64,000 bases of DNA. Source: an uncultured Collinsella sp. (GTDB lineage Bacteria; Actinomycetota; Coriobacteriia; Coriobacteriales; Coriobacteriaceae). A program made the translations under genes and the position numbers. Shown in pieces: positions 36,542 to 45,866 of the stretch. The number at the start of each line of letters is the position of its first letter. Position 1 is the stretch's first letter. Location of the stretch: positions 20,499 to 84,498 of the forward strand of contig CAJLPX010000006.1 of the NCBI GenBank assembly GCA_905208635.1. Reading direction: 5' to 3'. The notes beneath the pieces are model-generated. The model made no database searches, was not told the origin of the DNA, and saw only the letters and a program-made list of their open reading frames with translations.

Positions 36542-37238
36542 CGAAAACAAGGGCATTCACCCCACGGGGGTATCGTCGCGCGTGTGGATTGCGCTGGTCG
36601 TTCTGTGCGTCGCCAATGTCGTAGCGCACCTCATGGTGATGCCGAGCTTGCCTGCGCAGATTCCCACGCACTGGGGCGCGAACGGCGCCGTCGACGGTTG
36701 GGGTCCTAGCTGGATGGCCTCCGCGCTCGGCGTGCTGCCTCTGGTGCTTCTCGCAATGTTTTGCGTGGTGCCGCGCATCGATCCCAAAGGTGAGGCATAT
36801 CGAACCTCGGGTAAGTTCTATCAGGGCTTCGTTATCGCCTTCACGCTGCTCATGTGTGCCATAAGCTGGCTGGGGGAGCTAACGGTGTGGGGCATCGTGC
36901 CGGTGGTAGGAACGGTCAATTTGCTGGTATCAGGCGCTATCGGCTTGCTCTTTATTGGTATGGGCAACTACTTACCGCGCGTAAAGCAGAACTACACGCT
37001 CGGTATCAAGACGCCCTGGGCGCTTGCCGATCCCGAGAACTGGCGCCGTACGCAGCGTTTTGGCGGTGCCTGCTTTATGGTGCTGGGCGTTGGCCTGATT
37101 GTGATGGGCGTGGCGGGTAGCGTGCTTTCGAGTGAAGTCGTCGCCGCGGTGATTGCGGTTCTGGCGTTTGGTTCAGCTGGAGCTGCCTACGTCTATTCGT
37201 ATCTGCTGTGGCGCAAATCGCAGCGAGCCGCTCGTTAA
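36534..37238 (+). CDS. SdpI/YhfL-family (DUF1648 + SdpI) membrane protein
   Basis: Multi-TM protein with ..IPTHWGANG.. (DUF1648-like) and GNYLPRVKQNYTLGIKTPW (SdpI-like). It overlaps the ArsR gene stop. Confidence 0.6.
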   Translation: MNNENKGIHPTGVSSRVWIALVVLCVANVVAHLMVMPSLPAQIPTHWGANGAVDGWGPSWMASALGVLPLVLLAMFCVVPRIDPKGEAYRTSGKFYQGFVIAFTLLMCAISWLGELTVWGIVPVVGTVNLLVSGAIGLLFIGMGNYLPRVKQNYTLGIKTPWALADPENWRRTQRFGGACFMVLGVGLIVMGVAGSVLSSEVVAAVIAVLAFGSAGAAYVYSYLLWRKSQRAAR

Positions 37239-37421
37239 GGTTGCGGAAAACTAGCGTACGCAGTTCATAGTATGTTCCGGGGGACTTTTCCCAGGTAGTA
37301 TTAGGGGTGTGGGCAACCATGCCCCTTTTTCGTTAAGTTTCAGAGCTGGTTTCCTCATTGCGTTTCCACTAAAGCGAAACAAGAATAGGGAAACAGCAGG
37401 TAGAAAGGATAAAGCAGGCAA

Positions 37422-39101
37422 ATGGCAGAGTTTATCTACCAGATGTATCAGGCTCGCAAGGCCCATGGCGACAAGGTAATCCTTGACGACGTGACTCTGA
37501 GTTTCTACCCTGGCGCCAAGATCGGCGTTGTGGGTCCCAACGGCATGGGTAAGTCGACCCTGCTCAAGATCATGGCCGGTATCGAGGAGGTCTCCAACGG
37601 CGATGCCAGGCTCACCCCCGGCTACACCGTGGGCATCCTGCAGCAGGAGCCGCCGCTCGATGACGACAAGACCGTCATCGAGAACGTGCGCATGGCGTTT
37701 GGCGATATGATCGCCAAGGTCGATCGCTTCAATAAGATTGGCGAGGAGATGTGCGACCCGGATTGCGATATGGACGCCCTCATGGCCGAGATGGGCAAGC
37801 TCCAGGACGAGATCGACGCCGCCGACGGCTGGGATATCGATTCCAAGCTCGGCCAGGCCATGGATGCCCTGCAGCTGCCCGATTCCGACATGCCGGTTAA
37901 CGTGCTTTCCGGCGGCGAGCGCCGCCGCGTGGCCCTGTGCAAGCTGCTGCTCGAGGCTCCCGACCTGCTGCTGCTCGACGAGCCCACGAACCACCTGGAC
38001 GCCGAGTCGATCCTGTGGCTCGAGCATTTCCTGCACAACTACCAGGGCGCCGTTCTGGCTGTCACACACGATCGCTACTTCCTGGATAACGTTGCCGAGT
38101 GGATCTGCGAGGTCGACCGCGGCCACCTTTATCCCTACAAGGGCAACTACTCCACGTATCTGGAGACCAAGGCCGCCCGTATCGAGGCGCAGGGCAACCG
38201 CGATGCCAAGCTTGCCAAGCGCATGGAGGCCGAGCTCGAGTGGGTACGCAGCTCGCCCAAGGCTCGTCTGGCCAAGAACAAGGCCCGTCTGGCTCGCTAC
38301 GAGGAGATGGAGGCCGAGGCCCGCGCCAGCCAGAAGCTCGACTGGACCGACATCCGCATCCCCGTGGGCCCGCGTCTGGGCAACAAGGTGCTCGAGGCCC
38401 ATCATCTGCACAAGGAGTTCGATGGCCGCGTGCTCATCGACGACCTTTCGTTCACCCTGCCGCGCAACGGCATCGTGGGCGTCATCGGCCCCAACGGTGT
38501 CGGTAAGACCACGCTGTTCAAGACGATTGTGGGTCTGGAGCAGCTGACTTCGGGCGAGCTCGAGGTGGGCGAGACCGTCAAGATTTCTTACGTCGACCAG
38601 AACCGTTCCGGCATCGACCCCGATAAGAACCTGTGGGAGGTCGTCTCGGACGGCCTGGACCACATGATGGTCGGCGAGACCGAGGTTCCGAGCCGTGCTT
38701 ATGTGGCGAGCTTTGGCTTTAAGGGCCAGGACCAGCAGAAGCGCGCTGGCGTACTCTCCGGTGGCGAGCGCAACCGTCTGAACTTGGCGCTTACGCTCAA
38801 GCAGGGCGGCAACCTGCTGCTCCTGGACGAGCCCACGAACGACCTCGACGTCGAGACGCTGTCCTCGCTCGAGGCGGCGCTGCTCGAGTTCCCGGGCTGC
38901 TCGGTGGTCATTAGCCACGACCGTATGTTCCTGGACCGCGTTGCCACGCACATTTTGGCGTGGGAGGGCACCGACGAGAATCCGGGCAACTGGTATTGGT
39001 TCGAGGGCAACTTCGAGGCCTATCAGGCCAACCGCATCGAGCGCCTGGGCGAGGACGCAGCCCAGCCGCATCGTATTCACCGCAAGCTCACGCGTGACTA
39101 G
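37422..39101 (+). CDS. ettA: ABC-F translational throttle protein
   Basis: MAEFIYQMYQARKAHGDKVILDDVTLSFYPGAKIGVVGPNGMGKST. Two ABC cassettes with an inter-domain linker, 559 aa. Confidence 0.9.
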   Translation: MAEFIYQMYQARKAHGDKVILDDVTLSFYPGAKIGVVGPNGMGKSTLLKIMAGIEEVSNGDARLTPGYTVGILQQEPPLDDDKTVIENVRMAFGDMIAKVDRFNKIGEEMCDPDCDMDALMAEMGKLQDEIDAADGWDIDSKLGQAMDALQLPDSDMPVNVLSGGERRRVALCKLLLEAPDLLLLDEPTNHLDAESILWLEHFLHNYQGAVLAVTHDRYFLDNVAEWICEVDRGHLYPYKGNYSTYLETKAARIEAQGNRDAKLAKRMEAELEWVRSSPKARLAKNKARLARYEEMEAEARASQKLDWTDIRIPVGPRLGNKVLEAHHLHKEFDGRVLIDDLSFTLPRNGIVGVIGPNGVGKTTLFKTIVGLEQLTSGELEVGETVKISYVDQNRSGIDPDKNLWEVVSDGLDHMMVGETEVPSRAYVASFGFKGQDQQKRAGVLSGGERNRLNLALTLKQGGNLLLLDEPTNDLDVETLSSLEAALLEFPGCSVVISHDRMFLDRVATHILAWEGTDENPGNWYWFEGNFEAYQANRIERLGEDAAQPHRIHRKLTRD

Positions 39102-39110
39102 TAGCAAGTA

Positions 39111-39141
39111 GAAAGGCCGCCAGCAAGGGCGGCCTTTCTTG
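39111..39141 (+). terminator. Terminator after ettA
   Basis: GAAAGGCCGCC/GGCGGCCTTTC stem followed by TTG. The GC content drops immediately after it. Confidence 0.75.
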
Positions 39142-39381
39142 TAGCAATTGCACTGCAGTTATGCCCTGGCTGCTGGTTTGATTCATAATCAAAGTCATCT
39201 CTTTGGGATTAAAGCCCGTTTTTGCTATGAGTGATTTTCTAATTCCGTTTAAAACGTAAAGACGTATTGGGTTACAAGGACATAAGCAAATCGAATTGAA
39301 ATATAACCAGTGCTGTAACGTTACAAAAAAGGTTATAGAATAGGAGTATCTTATAAGTCGCTCCTCTAGAAAGAAGAACAT

Positions 39382-40509
39382 ATGCTTTCGCGTCGTCGTT
39401 TTCTGCAACTTGTCGCGTCTTCAATTGTCGCCTTAGCCGCACGTCCGAAAGAGGTTTTTGCTTCGACGGGCAATATTGATGGTGAGCAGATACAATTTAC
39501 TTCAGAAATTGCGCAAGAGCTTGCCGATAAATATATAAAGGGACTCCTCGGCTCTTCGTATACGCCTTCTGACCCTATTCCTTTTGTGGACGTTGATGGG
39601 TCCCCGCTTGGCTACATTGTTCCGGTTGTGACATTCAATAGAGCCGCGGGCTATTTGGTTTTAGATGCTTCAGATGATGAAATACTTACGGGATATCGTT
39701 TTGGAGACGGCTTAGTCAGCCCTATGGATCGGGGAGGAGATCTTGGTGTTGAGTCTTATTCTTTCAATAACCCAGTCGTAATGATCAATCCATTCGAATT
39801 CGGTGTGCAATCTTTGGACGGTTCAATAACAACAAATTGCGGAAGAACAATCCCGGCTGTTTCCATAGAAGGACGGCCTGTCGTTTTATCGAATAAACCT
39901 TCAAGCTGGAACGATGTCGTAATTTACGCAACTCAAATGCAGGATTACACAGTATCTGGATTTCGTTCCATTTCTCAGTTTATGTCATATGATGAAAGCG
40001 AGATTAAGAGGCTTACTGCCCACTATGCTTGTATGGTGACAGCTTTTTCGAACGTTGCGGAACTGTATGGCATTGCCAATTTATATAACGACCCTTCGCA
40101 ATATATGCAGATATGGAATTACACCAATACCCATGCTCTTTCCGATGAAGAACAGACTGTTCCCGGCGTTGTTTTGGGCGGAACGCCGATATCAACCTGT
40201 GCAACGGGGTTTACAAATTACTGCGCAAGCAGAGGAAGTACTCTTATCGCCCGCACTGTCTCCTCTCCGGCTATCGCGAGCATTCAAAATGAGATTAACT
40301 CTAATAGACCGAATGTTTTACATGCGAGTTTGTACAACGGATCAGCCCATTCTGTAACAGCGGAGGCTTACGCCACACTTACTGGTAAGAAAACTGGAGA
40401 GACAAGGCAGATGATTGGCATAGCGGACGGCTGGAATTCATCTTTATCCTTCCTGAAGTATGATCAGAGCTATTATGCGTGGACTTATGGAACGACTTTT
40501 TCGAAGTAG
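39382..40509 (+). CDS. Tat-secreted putative papain-fold (C10/C47-like) cysteine peptidase with an I69-like pro-region
   Basis: Twin-arginine signal MLSRRRFLQ..VFA. The pro-region GYLVLDASDDEILTGYRFGDG resembles the Spi/I69 pattern. Candidate catalytic residues are Cys (HYACMVTAF), His (GSAHSVTAEAY) and ADGWN. Confidence 0.4.
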   Translation: MLSRRRFLQLVASSIVALAARPKEVFASTGNIDGEQIQFTSEIAQELADKYIKGLLGSSYTPSDPIPFVDVDGSPLGYIVPVVTFNRAAGYLVLDASDDEILTGYRFGDGLVSPMDRGGDLGVESYSFNNPVVMINPFEFGVQSLDGSITTNCGRTIPAVSIEGRPVVLSNKPSSWNDVVIYATQMQDYTVSGFRSISQFMSYDESEIKRLTAHYACMVTAFSNVAELYGIANLYNDPSQYMQIWNYTNTHALSDEEQTVPGVVLGGTPISTCATGFTNYCASRGSTLIARTVSSPAIASIQNEINSNRPNVLHASLYNGSAHSVTAEAYATLTGKKTGETRQMIGIADGWNSSLSFLKYDQSYYAWTYGTTFSK

Positions 40510-40879
40510 GACGATTCGTCTAGCTCTGTCTTTGGTGCTGATGGCTTCATTGGTGGGCTGTTCAACAAAGGAAGAGATATCGCGCGGAGGTTCCGGAGAA
40601 GTGACTGCGACAGACTCAGGTTCATTAGAAATAGCTGGCGGGCATGCCGATGTGATGTTACAAGGAAAAGGCGTGCTTAGGTCGATTGATGCTGAAGACG
40701 CTGTCTGCTCAATAGAGGATTTGAAGACAGGTGAAACTGCATCGTACCGAGTTTCAGATAATGCTGCGAATATGATTGAGTCGATACCGACTGGAGCGCA
40801 GGTTTCTTTTAGATACTTTGCTCCGCAACTTGAGGATGAGCTTGCTTCTCTGGTGTCTATATGCGCCGATGACAACTAA
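40487..40879 (+). CDS. Small lipoprotein of unknown function
   Basis: MERLFRSRTIRLALSLVLMASLVGC has a lipobox (LVGC). The mature part is about 105 aa. It overlaps the 3' end of the peptidase gene. Confidence 0.55.
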   Translation: MERLFRSRTIRLALSLVLMASLVGCSTKEEISRGGSGEVTATDSGSLEIAGGHADVMLQGKGVLRSIDAEDAVCSIEDLKTGETASYRVSDNAANMIESIPTGAQVSFRYFAPQLEDELASLVSICADDN

Positions 40880-40896
40880 AAGGCCTGAATTCAAAC

Positions 40897-40935
40897 GGCC
40901 TCGGATGGTCAATTGGCTATCCGAGGCCGTTTTTT
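40897..40935. terminator. Bidirectional terminator between convergent genes
   Basis: GGCCTCGGAT/ATCCGAGGCC stem with a 12-nt loop, followed by GTTTTTT. Confidence 0.8.
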
Positions 40936-42241
40936 ACTCGACCGGGGCTTCGACCTTGTCGATGGCCCAGGTGGCTCCGAGGCCGCCGTTGGTGTTGCGG
41001 CGAATGCGTACGGTGACTTCGTGGCGTTTGCCGGCCTGTGTGTAGCGCAGGGGGAAGCTCGCGCGGTTACGGCTGGCCTCGATGGTACCGCGCTCGCGAG
41101 CGATCCAGTAGTACTCGCCGACGATGCCGAGGGTGTCGGCGCCGTAGGGGAGATAAGTCGACAGCTGGTGCAGCAGCGGGCTAGGGCAGAAGACCTCGGT
41201 CGCGAAATCGATGGGGAAGTCCCCGGGGATGGTTGGTGCTGCGGAAGCGGGGGCCGGTGCTGAATTGGGGACCGGAGTCGGTGCAGGTGTGGGAGCCTGG
41301 TCACAGGCGGGTGCGGATGCGGACTCAATGACAGGTGCAGACTCAGATGCCGCTTCTGGCTTAGCTATGGAATCTGTCGGTTCCACGGAGATGGACGTGT
41401 CTTCGGTCTCGGTTTTGGCATCGGCCTGCGGAGTGTCCTCTGCCTCGACGTTTGGCTTGGCCTCGACCGGCGTGGATACCATGGTGGTGATGCCGGCGTT
41501 GGCGTTCTCGGGGTCGTAGACAACCGTGAGCGAGATGGCAGGCTGGGGCGCCTCGGGCTCCGGTGTTGCCTCGGCAGCATCTTGATCCGCGAGCTCGTCG
41601 GACTGATTGTCCTCGGTGTTGTCGCCAAAGACATCGTGGTTCTGGAACACGGGCGCCTCGGGCTGGCCAGCCGCCTCTTCGGTTGTCGACTTGGATGCCT
41701 CGTTGAGCTCCGCAGTGGCTTCCTGCTCGGATATGACTTCGGGATCGGTCGTGGCGGCGATTTCGGTTTCGGCCTCTGCTGTTACTCCAATAGCGACTTC
41801 GATCTCTGTCTCGGGTTCGGGTTCCGGCACGGCTCCAACCATGGCTTCGGGCTCGGGACGCTTAACGTGCTTGGGGCGCACGGCCTTCAGGTCCTTCTTG
41901 CCGTGCTTCTTCTTTTTGTAGGACTGCTTGGCGCCCTTGGTAGCCTTGCGCTTGTCCTCGTCCTTGGCAAGGGCGGCATCCCATGCCTCGTTGGCGATGA
42001 CGGTGGCATACAGGCGGCCGCCCTTAAAGACGGTCAGTTTAATGCAGTCGTCGAGTTCCTCGAGCAACTCGCGCGTGGACTCGAAGCCCAAGTCATAAGC
42101 GGCCATGTCGCCGGCGGCGAGCGCCTCCTCGACCTGCGTCATAAACGTTTGCTTACCGCACCCAATCGCGTCGCGCAGCAGGCGATACAGATAGATGTGG
42201 TTGCCCAGCGATAGCGTGGGCCTAACTATTGTCTTGCTCAT
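40934..42241 (-). CDS. Hypothetical protein: structured N- and C-terminal domains joined by a long acidic/Pro-rich linker
   Basis: ATG 42241 sits behind AGAGGAG. The N-terminus (about 100 aa) looks OST-HTH/LOTUS-like. The middle (about 220 aa) is E/P/A/T-rich. The C-terminal domain was not recognised. Confidence 0.55.
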   Translation of the reverse strand: MSKTIVRPTLSLGNHIYLYRLLRDAIGCGKQTFMTQVEEALAAGDMAAYDLGFESTRELLEELDDCIKLTVFKGGRLYATVIANEAWDAALAKDEDKRKATKGAKQSYKKKKHGKKDLKAVRPKHVKRPEPEAMVGAVPEPEPETEIEVAIGVTAEAETEIAATTDPEVISEQEATAELNEASKSTTEEAAGQPEAPVFQNHDVFGDNTEDNQSDELADQDAAEATPEPEAPQPAISLTVVYDPENANAGITTMVSTPVEAKPNVEAEDTPQADAKTETEDTSISVEPTDSIAKPEAASESAPVIESASAPACDQAPTPAPTPVPNSAPAPASAAPTIPGDFPIDFATEVFCPSPLLHQLSTYLPYGADTLGIVGEYYWIARERGTIEASRNRASFPLRYTQAGKRHEVTVRIRRNTNGGLGATWAIDKVEAPVE

Positions 42242-42377
42242 GGCAAATCTCCTCTTTACACACGTAAAGCATCTTACCATCGCATAGCGTTCGCCATGGC
42301 GGCACCCAAGGCAAACGGGCGCGAACCGCTATCGATTCGCGCCCGTTGTACAGGTTGCCTATCTGGGGATGCAGTGC

Positions 42378-43328
42378 TTAGTTGCCCGATGCCGTGCCTT
42401 GGCTCGAGCTGTTAGATGTCGTGCCCAATGTGGTGTCACTCGAATTGCTGTTGCTGCTGCCTGCTGTGCCCGTTCCCGACGTGGTGTCGCTCGTCTGGCC
42501 GCCCGTGCTCGGTTGAGAGCCGTCAGTCGTTTGGCTTGAGTCAGTCGTGCCGGATTGCGTGCCGCTGTTGTTCGCAGAGGAATCGGTGCCCTGCGATTGG
42601 TTTTGGGTGTTCGAGGACGAATTGGCAGAGGTAGAACTGTCTTGCGTATCGTCCGTCTGTGCTTGCTGATCCTGCGACTGGGTGTTGCCATTTGCATCGC
42701 TCTCGGTCGTGCGCGACGACAGGATTGGCTCGGGACGCTCGCCCAGACCCTCACCGGCAGTGGTGATAAGGATGGCGCCGGCGCAGGCGATGACCGCGAC
42801 GATGGCGATAGCGATCGAGAAGACGATGACCTTCTTTTGCGTCTGGCTGCGCTCAGCCGCCGCCTTGGCGCGCAGGCTGTTGGGAGCGACGCGCGCCGTG
42901 GTCGCGCGTCCCGCAACCTGGCGCATCTCCTGCGTGGTTGCGGCGCCACCTAGGTGCTCCTCGACATTGGGCTCAACGGGCTCGTAGGCGCCGGTAGGGT
43001 AGTCGACAGCGGCATGCGTGCCCTTGATTGCTTCGGCGCTGGCGGAGATAAAGTGGCGATAGACCTGCGAGGACACAACAGTGATGACTGAGCTCACAGC
43101 GGCACCAATCACCGAGCCAGCAATGCCGATCTTTGAAGCAAGCGCCACGCTCGTGGCGGCAGCAGCGGCGCCGGCGATGATCTGGGGAATGGAAATGTCG
43201 TCGAACAGGCCCTTTTTGGGCGCGATGGCCATGGTCTGTCCGATGGAATGGTTCTCGTGCACGCCGTTGTTGAGTGATGCCGGCGTCATGACGCGCGTGC
43301 GCGGCGCGTCGGTGTACTTGGTTGTCAT
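42378..43328 (-). CDS. Membrane protein with a long S/T/Q/N/G-rich C-terminal tail
   Basis: ATG 43328 sits behind GGGAGGA. It has two hydrophobic segments, then about 120 aa of low-complexity Ser/Thr/Gln/Asn. Confidence 0.55.
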   Translation of the reverse strand: MTTKYTDAPRTRVMTPASLNNGVHENHSIGQTMAIAPKKGLFDDISIPQIIAGAAAAATSVALASKIGIAGSVIGAAVSSVITVVSSQVYRHFISASAEAIKGTHAAVDYPTGAYEPVEPNVEEHLGGAATTQEMRQVAGRATTARVAPNSLRAKAAAERSQTQKKVIVFSIAIAIVAVIACAGAILITTAGEGLGERPEPILSSRTTESDANGNTQSQDQQAQTDDTQDSSTSANSSSNTQNQSQGTDSSANNSGTQSGTTDSSQTTDGSQPSTGGQTSDTTSGTGTAGSSNSNSSDTTLGTTSNSSSQGTASGN

Positions 43329-43502
43329 ACGGGGTCCTCCCGGTGTAAATCTGCTTCGTTTCGTGTAGCCATCAGGGTACTCACCAGATGTGAATCGTAC
43401 GTGACATTTAACAGATACCATCAACTCATCAAGGGGGCTTGCTGTCTTTGGTGCGATAGCTTGATGCTAAACTGGATTTATGTTTGCGAGGTGGTTTACG
43501 TG

Positions 43503-43721
43503 ATGTACCCGTATATGACATTCGAAGATGGAACCGAGGTCATTCATTCTGACCTGATTACAGATGGCGATATCGAAAAGGTTATCGTGCATTTTGAACG
43601 ACCGACGGCAGAGGGTTTCGACTCCGCTCGTTGTGAGTTGCCTTCCTGTTCGTGGACTGACTGGGAAGGGCATTTTACTCAGAGTGAAAAACGAGCTTTC
43701 GAAGAGTGTCTGAGCAAATAA
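43503..43721 (+). CDS. Hypothetical 72-aa protein (first gene of the AT-rich island)
   Basis: GAGGTGG lies 8 nt upstream of ATG 43503. The product is MYPYMTFEDGTEVIHSDL... No family was recognised. Confidence 0.45.
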   Translation: MYPYMTFEDGTEVIHSDLITDGDIEKVIVHFERPTAEGFDSARCELPSCSWTDWEGHFTQSEKRAFEECLSK

Positions 43722-43821
43722 TTTAGATTAGTTCGAGTTTAGTTCGAATAAAGAAGCTGAATGCGATGACCTAAAGCGTATGCATTTTTAGTATTAGATG
43801 CGTATGAAATGGAGGATGTGA

Positions 43822-44103
43822 ATGGATGAGCTAATAGACTTTAAAAAACGATTTCTCAAGAATGGCGAGCTGGTTTCAATTCCAAAAAAGGAAAGCTATA
43901 AAAGAATCATGCTGCTATGGGCCGTCTCTTTCTTTGAATTAAATACAAGTTATACGGAGCTTCAGGTTAATCGTGTGCTGTCACAGCTCTATCCTGATTA
44001 TGCCGTGTTGAGGCGGTACTTGGTTGATTATGGATTCCTATTAAGGGATGAACGAGGCCTGAAATACGAGGTTAATCGTGATGTTCACGGTATTGAGAGC
44101 TAG
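43822..44103 (+). CDS. DUF2087-like small protein
   Basis: ..IPKKESYKRIMLLWAVSFFE....YTELQVNRVLSQLYPDYAVLRRYLVDYGFLLRD matches the remembered DUF2087 pattern. GGAGGA precedes the ATG. Confidence 0.5.
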   Translation: MDELIDFKKRFLKNGELVSIPKKESYKRIMLLWAVSFFELNTSYTELQVNRVLSQLYPDYAVLRRYLVDYGFLLRDERGLKYEVNRDVHGIES

Positions 44104-45265
44104 CCGTCCGGTTCGGGTCCTATATATTGCTAGAGGGATAAGCGAAATAGGCAATTGGTGTGCGAATATTGCTTTGCCAATGCTAATTTACGAGGTAACT
44201 CACGATGTTTCTGCAACTGCTTTGATGGTCTGCTGCAGATTTGCCCCCTCTCTGTTTTCAGTTGCGCTCGCGCAGCTGCCTCAGAAGATGGGTATCGGGA
44301 CACTGCAGGCCATGAGATTGGCAGACTTAATTCGCGCGGGATTATTCGTTTGCTATATTTTTGTTGATAGTAAATGGAGTATGTTTGCTATTACGTGCGC
44401 GGTATCGCTTTGCCGAACGGTAGAAATGCCCTGCTTTTACTCGTTGTTAAGAGCCAATACGAATAGTATCAATCGCGACGTAATTAATAATTCGTTTGGG
44501 TTCCTGCAGAATTTGATGATGGTTCTGGGGCCAGTTGCCGGCGGTTTTGTTGTCGCTCAATTTGGGGCGGAGGCTGTTCTTGCATTAGACGCGCTTTCTT
44601 TTGCCGCGTCGTTCTGGTTGCTGCGAGATGTTCCGTCGGTTATCGAGGTTAATGATAAAGAGGGAATAAGCAAAAATGAAAAAAACAGGACTGCATTTAG
44701 TGATCTTAGCGCGAAGCACTTGGCAATTGGTTTCCTATTAATCGATATTTCTAGTGGCGTGGCATTCGGCTCTCTGAATTCTCTTTTGCCAGCTATAGCG
44801 CAATTGCAATTTGACTCGTCATCGATACAATACGGATTCCTTCAGAGTAGTCTTACAATCGGACTGTTGTTCGGAAATACAATATATGGTCGTTTAATCA
44901 GTGGTTCCGATTGCGTTAAATCATATTGTTTTGTGACGTATCTTGCGCTCGGTGCGTATCTGGCGTTTGGCTATCGCTATGCGCCTGGGATATCGTTTAT
45001 TTCCCTTTTTATCGTCGGTGCCGGAAACGCCATTCAAGATGTGCTTCTCATAACATCGCTGCAGGATTTGGCGAGAGACGGATCTGAATCGATAAGCCTG
45101 TTTTCAATTAGGGAGTCTTTGCAATCGGTTGCTGTTGTTATTTCAACACTTCTTGTTTCGCTGTTCACGAGCATCGCGATGTTCTCAATTCTCGTTACAG
45201 GACTTGGTGTATTTTCAATTATGATGGTAGTTGTGTTTCAATTGAATTATTTGCGAAAGATGTGA
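44078..45265 (+). CDS. MFS transporter, MFS_3 / EntS-like exporter type
   Basis: Twelve hydrophobic segments. The N-terminus ..RGISEIGNWCANIALPMLIYEVT.. is typical of MFS_3. It overlaps the DUF2087 gene by 26 nt. Confidence 0.8.
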   Translation: MMFTVLRASRPVRVLYIARGISEIGNWCANIALPMLIYEVTHDVSATALMVCCRFAPSLFSVALAQLPQKMGIGTLQAMRLADLIRAGLFVCYIFVDSKWSMFAITCAVSLCRTVEMPCFYSLLRANTNSINRDVINNSFGFLQNLMMVLGPVAGGFVVAQFGAEAVLALDALSFAASFWLLRDVPSVIEVNDKEGISKNEKNRTAFSDLSAKHLAIGFLLIDISSGVAFGSLNSLLPAIAQLQFDSSSIQYGFLQSSLTIGLLFGNTIYGRLISGSDCVKSYCFVTYLALGAYLAFGYRYAPGISFISLFIVGAGNAIQDVLLITSLQDLARDGSESISLFSIRESLQSVAVVISTLLVSLFTSIAMFSILVTGLGVFSIMMVVVFQLNYLRKM

Positions 45266-45272
45266 CGTTGAT

Positions 45273-45866
45273 ATGCCTAAAACGCTTTTAGTATTTCCCC
45301 CAGGATGGAGTCCAGTGGGGCCGTATCTTGCCTTGCCTGTTTTGAAGTCATATCTTCAAGAGGTTGAACAATACAAAGTTGACATTGTTGACTTAAACGT
45401 GGAATTTTACGATGACCTCCTATCTTTTAGACATGTCGAAGAGTGCTTTAAAAGGTATCGGGAATCAAAGGATTCGTTTAGTTCGAATGTCCAATTAACA
45501 ATCGAGTTGATACAAAAGTCGGCACTTAATGTTGACGAGGCAAAAGATATTTTCAGATCGAAGAGATACTTTAATCTAAAAGAAAGACAATATGCTGAAA
45601 ACATTTTTAGAAATGCACTCTATATCATAAATCACGTCTCATATGGAGTTAAATACACGTTCAACTCCATAGATCTGCCCTATGATTATTATTCGACACC
45701 AGAAATAATGAAGTCGCTTGCGGATACCTTGCATAATCCGTTTATTTCCTTCTATGAAATTGCCTTTCTTAAGCGTATTCAGAGGGAAAAAATCGAGTTT
45801 ATTGGGATTTCGGTGAGCGGCTGTTTCCAATATGATTTCTGCAGTTACGTTAGCGAAACTGATTAA
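45273..45866 (+). pseudogene. N-terminal (cobalamin-binding domain) fragment of a B12-binding radical SAM enzyme. It is separated from the rest of the gene by an apparent 1-nt frameshift
   Basis: MPKTLLVFPPGWSPVGPYLALPVLKSYL... ends in ..EFIGISVSGCFQ, then runs out of frame to a stop at 45866. Confidence 0.7.

Noticed and set aside
37251-39107. 618-aa minus-strand ORF opposite ettA.
   Set aside because: It is an antisense shadow of an ABC-F gene with two complete Walker/signature sets. The product is low-complexity.
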